Positions 17,881 through 24,060 of a stretch of DNA of 32,000 nt are shown here, in pieces. The notes beneath the pieces were generated by a model, which searched no databases, was not told where the DNA came from, and saw nothing but the letters and a program-made list of their open reading frames with translations. Source of the stretch: Promethearchaeum syntrophicum (lineage in GTDB: Archaea; Asgardarchaeota; Lokiarchaeia; Sigyniarchaeales; Promethearchaeaceae). Made by a program: the position numbers and the translations under genes. Each line of letters begins with the position of its first letter. The stretch's first letter is position 1. The stretch covers positions 1,830,001-1,862,000 of the forward strand of contig NZ_CP042905.2 in NCBI RefSeq assembly GCF_008000775.2, given 5' to 3'.

Positions 17881-19098
17881 TTATATCTTCAGAACAAATT
17901 TTGGGAATAATTTTCCAACAATATTACCTAATTCTAAGTTTACAGTCCTATTAACAATTTTTTTTCCTCTATAGATATATGAAGTCTCAGCTACATCAGA
18001 AAAAATGGTGAATCCTTCTTGTATTTCCTGTTCACATACAAAATAGTGTTCATTTTCAATTTCTAAAACCTCAATAACACTATTAATATGGGGTAAATCG
18101 TAACCTCCACCATGTGGTAATACATTAAATTCTTTCAAATTTTTTAAAATTCCAAATTTTTTCGCTCGATTTTCAAATCCTAAATCATCAATTTGCTCTT
18201 CTGACAAACTTTTCACCCCGTGCATTAAATATATAGGAAGATCAGAACGTAAAGCTATAGGGAAAATTTTTTGTTCATCACTTGTAATATGTTGAGCACC
18301 TAAGACTAATTCTCCATAACTTAATAATCCTTGATGCAATGGATTTGAAATTTCTTTAAAATTTCCAAACAGCATTTCTGCTGCTTTTCTTCTTTTATCT
18401 GCTGCAAATTTTTTTGCAAAATTAAAAAATTCAAAATATTCTTTTGCATTATTTCCTTCTAAATATTTAATTTCTCCAAAGGGAGTATTTATAGAATTAC
18501 ATATATTCATTAAATTTTTAGATTTATCATAATATAATCCCACTCCTTTATCATTTTCTTGTTGTAACTCTGGAGCAGAACCATGAATAACAAACATATA
18601 TTTTGGAAACTTTTGAGAATTATAAGAATCTAAATCTGTTTCCATGATATCAATGAAGTGATTTCCTTTATGATAATCCCATTCAACTTTTATATTATCA
18701 ATATAAACTTCGCTTGATACAATATTTTTTACTTTTTTTAAAATATCATCAGGTTTAGGTAATTCATCTAAACCTCCAACTAACATACCGCAAGCATTTG
18801 GTTTTGTATCCACAAATATTAATGGGTCATTTTTATGACCCCAAATCAACTTTCCCCCATAACCATAACCAGAGTTCCATCTTCTTTTATTTCTAGATAT
18901 AGTTTCATCAGGAGTAGATATAAAGGTTGCATTTGGCTTAAGTCCCAAATGGTTTTGAGCAAAATGTATCTTTGCCAATCCAAAACGAAAATTTGATTTA
19001 CAAAGTTTTGCCGCGCCATCATCAATCCCAAGAGAGAAATAATGTTTCTGCGCGTATTTTAGCATTTCCGTTTTTTCCAAGGTATTTTTATATTTCAT
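17881..19098 (-). CDS. Uncharacterised protein with remote RtcB-like metal-site motifs
   Basis: 405 aa. VDTKPNACGM (compare RtcB D-x-x-C-G), KGNHFIDIME (compare RtcB GGGNHF[IL]E[IV]) and VIHGSAPEL (compare H-S/T-GSRG). It is shorter and more divergent than canonical RtcB. It ends 16 nt upstream of pdaD on the same strand. Confidence 0.4.
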   Translation of the reverse strand: MKYKNTLEKTEMLKYAQKHYFSLGIDDGAAKLCKSNFRFGLAKIHFAQNHLGLKPNATFISTPDETISRNKRRWNSGYGYGGKLIWGHKNDPLIFVDTKPNACGMLVGGLDELPKPDDILKKVKNIVSSEVYIDNIKVEWDYHKGNHFIDIMETDLDSYNSQKFPKYMFVIHGSAPELQQENDKGVGLYYDKSKNLMNICNSINTPFGEIKYLEGNNAKEYFEFFNFAKKFAADKRRKAAEMLFGNFKEISNPLHQGLLSYGELVLGAQHITSDEQKIFPIALRSDLPIYLMHGVKSLSEEQIDDLGFENRAKKFGILKNLKEFNVLPHGGGYDLPHINSVIEVLEIENEHYFVCEQEIQEGFTIFSDVAETSYIYRGKKIVNRTVNLELGNIVGKLFPKFVLKI

Positions 19099-19400
19099 AA
19101 TTACAATAACCTCTAAGCTTTTATTTTCTTATTTGTAGTCAATTAATGCCAATAAGGAATTTCATTAGATTTATTTTATATTTTGGATAAATTTATCGTG
19201 GAAAAATTAATTTAATTACATTTTTTTATAGGATTAATAATTAATTTTTTCATAATAGTAAATAAAATCTCAGTTAATAATGTATCGAAACTGCTGAATC
19301 CCTTTTTCTCTCTTTAAATGATGAAAACATGTTCTGTATAAAAATATTTTTTCCTAATTGATACGTTTAAATTTTAGGATTAAAGAGAGATGGCGTATTT

Positions 19401-19480
19401 CCAAAACCTTTATTTTACAAAAAAATATATAATATGTCAAATAAAAAAAAAATTTTTGTTGTTTTTATCTCTATCGCAAG
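19401..19480 (+). promoter_or_regulatory. Conserved promoter/5' leader block of the 138-aa ORF, with a TATA-like ATATATAATA about 50 nt before the ATG
   Basis: CCAAAACCTTTATTTTACAAAAAAATATATAATATGTCAAATAAAAAAAAAATTTTTGTTG..CAAGATG is clearly better conserved with copy B (23304-23380) than the sequence further upstream. The promoter role is inferred. Confidence 0.35.
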
Positions 19481-19897
19481 ATGAAAAAATCAGAAATAAT
19501 AATCAATAATTATAATAATTTGAAGAATATTGGTGATTTACTTGAAAAACTTGAGATATTAACTAAATGGGCTTCAGAAAACTCCATAATTGCCATTTTT
19601 TTTTATCCATCTGATCTGAGAAATAAAATGCAATCAATTGTATTTGCTGCTTATTTCTTAGGATTTTTTGAATTTTGTTATTTTTCCTTATTTTTTAGGA
19701 ATATTGGATGTTTATTATTACAAATACAAGAAACTGATTTATATAATGTATTTAAAACCAGGATTAATGTATCTTTAAATGATCATGACACAATATATGG
19801 ATTTAATACTAACACTAAAAAAGAGTATACGAACAAAAATAAGAGAGATATTTCACTTAATCTACATATTTCTTATCCTATTGGGTGTTTGACTTAA
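19481..19897 (+). CDS. Hypothetical protein, paralog A of a duplicated pair (C-terminus SYPIGCLT)
   Basis: 138 aa, about 49% identical by hand alignment to ORF 23381-23806. Start, stop and frame are conserved. Conserved blocks are MKKS.III, DLL...E.LTK, GFFEFCY.SL.F.NIGC...IQE, RIN, EEYTNKN.RD and SYPIGCLT*. Two open ~140-codon frames in stop-rich AT DNA argue for coding. Confidence 0.65.
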   Translation: MKKSEIIINNYNNLKNIGDLLEKLEILTKWASENSIIAIFFYPSDLRNKMQSIVFAAYFLGFFEFCYFSLFFRNIGCLLLQIQETDLYNVFKTRINVSLNDHDTIYGFNTNTKKEYTNKNKRDISLNLHISYPIGCLT

Positions 19898-19946
19898 AAA
19901 GAGTGATATAATAAAGAAAAATCATATAGAAATTGGAGGTGAAAAA

Positions 19947-20033
19947 ATGCCAAAAAAAACAGTAAAAAAAAAAAAAAAACTTAAAAAAACAACACAAGTA
20001 GTAAAAAAAAACAAAAAAAAAAATGAAAATTGA
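19947..20033 (+). CDS. Lys-rich micro-ORF A (28 aa): MPKKTVKKKKKLKKTTQVVKKNKKKNEN
   Basis: Translated by hand. It is preceded by GGAGGTGA (19935-19942), an 8-nt match to the canonical SD, with 4 nt of spacing to the ATG. Position, SD spacing and a KKTTQ motif are shared with the copy B micro-ORF. It contains a 16-nt A run (19964-19979). Confidence 0.45.
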   Translation: MPKKTVKKKKKLKKTTQVVKKNKKKNEN

Positions 20034-20083
20034 AAGAACAAAAAAGAATTCTTTTATACAATATAATTTGTCTTTAAAAATAC

Positions 20084-20129
20084 GAATCCTGGTTCTAAAT
20101 TGAATCATGTATTTTTTTAGAATTTTTTC
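20084..20129 (+). terminator. Conserved repeat tail: small hairpin (GGTTC-N6-GAATC) followed by a T7 run; possible terminator
   Basis: GAATCCTGGTTCTAAATTGAATCATGTATTTTTTTAGAATTTTTTC is about 85% identical to 24015-24060. Oligo-T tracts act as archaeal termination signals. The hairpin is short and weak. Confidence 0.3.
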
Positions 20130-20177
20130 AAAATAATTCAAAAAACCACAAAGAAGAAGAGGTATTACAAAAAAATT

Positions 20178-21308
20178 ATGGAATTCGATATAAATGTTGT
20201 AAATTCTGAAAATGATCAAAATATATTAGATCGATTTGATGCTAATTATAGTGAATTAAAACTGCTTTCTAGGATAAAACTTCCCTCTAAAATAAGACGA
20301 GTGGGATTAACATTTAATGCTCGACCAGATGATAATATTCCAGAGAGTGATAATGTCTCATTAGAATATGACGAACCAGAGACAATATTTGCAATTCGTG
20401 ATGCACTTCAAAGTGGAGGATATGATGTAGTTCTTTTAGAAGCCGATCAAGATTTTATGGAAAAATTAAAACAGAATCAAGTTGATTTTGTTTTTAATAT
20501 TGCGGAAGGGATTCAAGGTGAATCGCGAGAGTCCCACATTCCTGCAATGCTTGAAATGATGGGTATTCCGTATACAGGTTCTGGCGTGTTAAGTCAAGCA
20601 ATATCCTTAAGTAAAACTCGAACCAAGGAGATTTTAACATACTATAAAATACCCACTCCGAAATATCAATCTTTTAGCAATTCAACAGAAAAATTAGAAA
20701 AGAAGTTTAAATATCCTGTAATTATTAAACCCGATGCAGAGGGATCTAGTGTTGGTATCACTAATGGATCAGTTGTACTCAATGAAAAGCATCTTAGACA
20801 ACAAGTTGAAAAGGTTATTCAAACATTTCCAGGTCCAGCTTTAGCAGAAGAATTCTGTTCTGGGCGAGAATTTACGGTTGGAATAATAGGTAACAATCCT
20901 CCGAAAGTTTTACCGATCATTGAAGTAACTTTCGATCATTTGCCCTCAAACATGGTAAAAATGGATTCCTATGAATCAAAATGGATTTTTGACACAATAG
21001 ATAATGTGAATGATCCTCTTCGATGTCCTGCAAAAATAACACCAAAACTTAAACAAATAATTGAAAATATTGCAATAAAAACTTATACTGTATTGGGTTG
21101 CGTAGATTTGTGCCGAATAGATATTCGTTTGAATAAAAGGGGAATTCCTAATGTTTTAGAAGTTAATGCTCTACCTGGATTAAATCCTAATCCTAGCTTT
21201 CATTCTCGATTTCCCTATGCATGTGCCAAAGCAGGAATTTCTTATGATCAGATGATTTTAACAGTCTTTCAGGCAGGATTAGATCGTTATCGAAAAAAAA
21301 ATATGTAA
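20178..21308 (+). CDS. ATP-grasp ligase of the D-alanine-D-alanine ligase (Ddl) family
   Basis: It aligns by eye to E. coli DdlB. GESRESHIPAMLEMMGIPYTGSGVLSQAISLSKTRTK matches [35 protein letters not shown]. Further matches are PVIIKPDAEGSSVG, SGREFTVGIIG and LGCVDLCRIDIRL...VLEVNALPGLN. Confidence 0.85.
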   Translation: MEFDINVVNSENDQNILDRFDANYSELKLLSRIKLPSKIRRVGLTFNARPDDNIPESDNVSLEYDEPETIFAIRDALQSGGYDVVLLEADQDFMEKLKQNQVDFVFNIAEGIQGESRESHIPAMLEMMGIPYTGSGVLSQAISLSKTRTKEILTYYKIPTPKYQSFSNSTEKLEKKFKYPVIIKPDAEGSSVGITNGSVVLNEKHLRQQVEKVIQTFPGPALAEEFCSGREFTVGIIGNNPPKVLPIIEVTFDHLPSNMVKMDSYESKWIFDTIDNVNDPLRCPAKITPKLKQIIENIAIKTYTVLGCVDLCRIDIRLNKRGIPNVLEVNALPGLNPNPSFHSRFPYACAKAGISYDQMILTVFQAGLDRYRKKNM

Positions 21309-21321
21309 ATTGAAGGTAATT

Positions 21322-22887
21322 ATGTTGAGAATTGGAATTTTTTATAATATCGTTGAACAGTTGGATCGTGGATTTGAAAGCGATAAAATAGCTGATAATG
21401 AAATTATCCAAACTGTTGATTTAGTTTTTAACGCACTTTCAAAGGATCATGAAGTTATTCTTCTTAGGCTTTCCAAAAAAACCATTTCATTAATAACCGA
21501 ATCATACTTTGATATAGTATTCAATCTCTGTGAAGGTTTTGAAGGCAATGTTGAAGCCGAAGCTTATATTCCTGCTTTGTTAGAATTACTTCATATCCCT
21601 TATACAGGTTCCAACTCATTTACTTTAGCTCTTTGTCTGGATAAAGTTCGCACCAAGCAAATTTTAAAAGCATATGATATATTAACACCACGATTTCAAT
21701 TATTCTCGAATAACAATGAAAAAGTCAATGATGATTTGTCTTTTCCATTAATCGTTAAACCAGTCCATGAAGATGCGAGCATTGGGATTTCAATTAATTC
21801 AGTAGTAAAAAATAATGAAGAATTAAAATCTCAAATACATTTTGTTTTAGATAATTACCATCAACCTGCTTTGGTTGAAGAATATATTGATGGGAGAGAA
21901 ATAAATGCTGCAGTAATTGGAAATGGTAACGATCTTGAAATTCTTCCTCTTTCAGAAATAATATTTGATATAGATCCCTATATACCTCGAATAATGGATT
22001 ATAAAAGTAAATGGGTAGAAGATTCATATATGTTTCAACGAACTAAAGGGATATCTCCAGCTGAAATTGATGATTTTTTATCTGAAAAAATACAAGATAT
22101 TGCTAAACGTGCTTATCAAGCTACTGGATGTCGAGATTACGCAAGGGTTGATTTTCGCATTAAAAACGAGGAGATTTTTGTTTTAGAAGTTAATCCAAAC
22201 CCAGGAATTAATTCGGATAGTGGCTTTTTTCGTTGCGCAATAACTTCTGGCATGAATTATAAGCAATTTATTAAAAAAATTCTTTCAGTAGCAGTTAAAC
22301 GATATCAAATAAGAATCGATAAAACACAAATGGAATCTCAAAAAGAAAATCCTGTTCATTCATCTGAAAATTTAGATTTTTATTATGTTCGGTTAAAAAA
22401 TATTCCCTTATTACAAGAATGGTTTAATAACCCCGCGATTGCTCAATTTATGTCGGATCCTGATACTAAATCTGAAAAAGACCCTCTTATCGCTTCATAT
22501 ATCCTTAAATCTAACCCGAAAGATTATACAATCCCTAAAGATGGTATTTATTTCATAGTAACAGATAGAATTTCTCAAAAACAAATGGGTTATTGTGCAA
22601 TTTACGATATTACTTGGTGGAATAGCACAGCTGAGATTTCTTATTTAATTGGAGATGAAAATTTTTTAAAAAAAGGTTTTTCAAAGGAAATTATAAGTGG
22701 ATTACTCTACTTTGCTGAAAAAGAATTAAAATTGTGCCGTCTTGAAGCCTCAGTTACTCAAAAAAATATAGCTTCCTGGATATCTTTAGAAAAAACGGGA
22801 TTCGAGCGTGTTGGTTATAGAACATGTACTCATCGTTTACACGGTGAATCATATGACGAATATATTTATGAATATGTGTTTGAATAA
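21322..22887 (+). CDS. Fusion protein: Ddl-family ATP-grasp ligase (N-terminal) plus RimJ/RimL-type GNAT N-acetyltransferase (C-terminal)
   Basis: ATP-grasp part: FNLCEGFEGNVEAEAYIPALLELLHIPYTGSNSFTLALCLDKVRTK, PLIVKPVHEDASIGIS, DGREINAAVIG and GCRDYARVDFRI...VLEVNPNPGIN. GNAT part (from about aa 355): LDFYYVRLKNIPLLQEWFNNP...EISYLIGDENFLKKGFSKEII...LCRLEASVTQKNIASWISLEKTGFERVGY. The ATG at 21322 follows GAAGGT, and the gene starts 14 nt after the upstream stop. Confidence 0.85.
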   Translation: MLRIGIFYNIVEQLDRGFESDKIADNEIIQTVDLVFNALSKDHEVILLRLSKKTISLITESYFDIVFNLCEGFEGNVEAEAYIPALLELLHIPYTGSNSFTLALCLDKVRTKQILKAYDILTPRFQLFSNNNEKVNDDLSFPLIVKPVHEDASIGISINSVVKNNEELKSQIHFVLDNYHQPALVEEYIDGREINAAVIGNGNDLEILPLSEIIFDIDPYIPRIMDYKSKWVEDSYMFQRTKGISPAEIDDFLSEKIQDIAKRAYQATGCRDYARVDFRIKNEEIFVLEVNPNPGINSDSGFFRCAITSGMNYKQFIKKILSVAVKRYQIRIDKTQMESQKENPVHSSENLDFYYVRLKNIPLLQEWFNNPAIAQFMSDPDTKSEKDPLIASYILKSNPKDYTIPKDGIYFIVTDRISQKQMGYCAIYDITWWNSTAEISYLIGDENFLKKGFSKEIISGLLYFAEKELKLCRLEASVTQKNIASWISLEKTGFERVGYRTCTHRLHGESYDEYIYEYVFE

Positions 22888-22932
22888 AGAAATATTTTAT
22901 AATAGCATAAAAATTTTCTTGAAAGAAGGAGC

Positions 22933-22993
22933 AATAATGTTTCTATGCATATTTTAGCATTTCCAATTTTTCCATATTAACTTTTTATTTCAT
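22933..22993 (-). pseudogene. Decayed 5' fragment of an RtcB-like gene paralog
   Basis: The reverse complement reads ATG AAA TAA AAA GTT AAT ATG GAA AAA TTG GAA ATG CTA AAA TAT GCA TAG AAA CAT TAT, which is MK*KVNMEKLEMLKYA*KHY. The intact gene at 19098 begins MKYKNTLEKTEMLKYAQKHYF. There are two in-frame stops, and similarity ends at about 22933. Confidence 0.7.
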
Positions 22994-23303
22994 AAAAACA
23001 ATAACTTCTAAATCGTAATTTTCTTATTTTTGGTCAATTTATGCCAATAAGGGATATAATTAGATTCAAATCGCATTTTGGGTAAAATTTTCATTAAAAA
23101 AAAGATTTAATACTATCTTTTTATAAGATTAATACCCATTTTTTCAACTTGAATCAAGAAAATCTTAGCTATGAATATTTAAAACTGCTCAACATGATAA
23201 ATTCCTTTTTCTTCCTTTATTGGATATGTAGAAGTCCAGTTTAAACATATAAATTTCAAGCTTCTACGCACATAATTTAGAATTAAAGCGATGTAATGTT
23301 TTT

Positions 23304-23380
23304 CCATAACCTTTATCTTATACAAATATATATAATCTTCAAATAAAAAAAATTTTTTTTGTTATTATCACTACCACAAG
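23304..23380 (+). promoter_or_regulatory. Conserved promoter/5' leader block of the 141-aa ORF (TATA-like ATATATATAAT about 50 nt before the ATG)
   Basis: CCATAACCTTTATCTTATACAAATATATATAATCTTCAAATAAAAAAAATTTTTTTTGTT..CAAGATG is the counterpart of 19401-19480. Confidence 0.35.
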
Positions 23381-23806
23381 ATGAAAAAATCAAAAATAAT
23401 AATCAAATATTGCAAACTTTTGAAGAAAATTAGTGATTTACTTGATATAATTGAGAGATTAACTAAAAATGCTTTAAGTATCTCAAAAAATACTGTTTTT
23501 TATAATCATTCTGATCAGAAATATAAAATACAATTAATTTTATTTGATGTAAATTTTATAGGATTTTTTGAATTTTGTTATCTTTCTTTATGTTTTAACA
23601 ATATTGGATGTTATTTTGTGGAAATTCAAGAAATTGAAGCAAGGTGTATATCTAAAATTAGGATTAATGCAACTTTCAATGTTCAAAATATATTTTTTGG
23701 AACTATATTTAATTCCAAAGAAGAGTATACAAATAAAAATCAGAGAGACAAATTGATTTGTCCGAATAATATTCTTAAGTCTTATCCTATAGGGTGTTTG
23801 ACTTAA
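23381..23806 (+). CDS. Hypothetical protein, paralog B of the duplicated pair (C-terminus SYPIGCLT)
   Basis: 141 aa. See ORF 19481-19897 for the conserved blocks. It has the same start context (CAAGATGAAAAAATC) and an identical final 8 residues. Confidence 0.65.
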   Translation: MKKSKIIIKYCKLLKKISDLLDIIERLTKNALSISKNTVFYNHSDQKYKIQLILFDVNFIGFFEFCYLSLCFNNIGCYFVEIQEIEARCISKIRINATFNVQNIFFGTIFNSKEEYTNKNQRDKLICPNNILKSYPIGCLT

Positions 23807-23857
23807 GAAAAAGGAAAAATTTGATGAAATATCAAAATTGAACTAGTAGGTGAATAA

Positions 23858-23962
23858 ATGCAAGCAAAAAAGTCAAAAAAACAGAAAAAAAATAAGCAAA
23901 ACAAAAAAACAACACAGAAAAAAAGTGAAGAAAATTACAATGTTAATTTGTATATAGATTGA
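23858..23962 (+). CDS. Lys-rich micro-ORF B (34 aa): MQAKKSKKQKKNKQNKKTTQKKSEENYNVNLYID
   Basis: Translated by hand. TAGGTGA (23847-23853) lies 4 nt before the ATG, the same spacing as in copy A. It shares the KKTTQ motif (AAAAAAACAACACA at DNA level) and ends in a Ser/Glu/Asp-containing tail. Confidence 0.4.
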   Translation: MQAKKSKKQKKNKQNKKTTQKKSEENYNVNLYID

Positions 23963-24014
23963 AAGACAAAATAAAATTTATATAAGTGCTTTAAAAAAGA
24001 GTTTTTGAAGATAT

Positions 24015-24060
24015 GAATTCTGGTTCTATATTGAATCACATATTTTTTTTGAGTTTTTCC
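24015..24060 (+). terminator. Conserved repeat tail, copy B: hairpin (GGTTC-N6-GAATC) plus a T8 run
   Basis: GAATTCTGGTTCTATATTGAATCACATATTTTTTTTGAGTTTTTCC is the counterpart of 20084-20129. It abuts the stop codon of the convergent AMP phosphorylase gene. Confidence 0.3.

Larger units (their letters stand above)
19038..20129 (+). repeat. Direct repeat copy A (~1.09 kb) of a diverged duplicated unit
   Basis: Collinear by eye with 22933-24060 over its whole length. The shared blocks, in order: AATAATGTTTCT..ATTTTAGCATTTCC, TGCCAATAAGG, a promoter-like block, the 138/141-aa ORF, the Lys-rich micro-ORF, and the tail GAATYCTGGTTCTAWATTGAATCA..T-run. The left edge lies inside the 5' end of the RtcB-like gene. 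Confidence 0.85.
22933..24060 (+). repeat. Direct repeat copy B (~1.13 kb) of the duplicated unit
   Basis: Collinear with 19038-20129 (see copy A). It fills the whole spacer between the stop of the ATP-grasp-GNAT gene (22887) and the stop of the convergent AMP phosphorylase gene (24060). Confidence 0.85.

Noticed and set aside
19878-20219. 113-aa Phe-rich ORF on the minus strand (FFFFFYCFFWHFF...) spanning the gap between the 138-aa ORF and ATP-grasp gene 1
   Set aside because: It is the complement of the poly(A)-rich tract. Its low-complexity poly-Phe comes from TTT runs. It overlaps the start of the well-supported ATP-grasp gene and the SD-preceded plus-strand micro-ORF, and copy B has no open-frame counterpart.
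19038-24060. Reading the direct repeats plus the enclosed genes as a composite transposon or other mobile element
   Set aside because: No transposase, integrase or recombinase ORF is present. I found no terminal inverted repeats or target-site duplications. The repeats are old and diverged, and one includes a fragment of a neighbouring host gene, which fits segmental duplication better.
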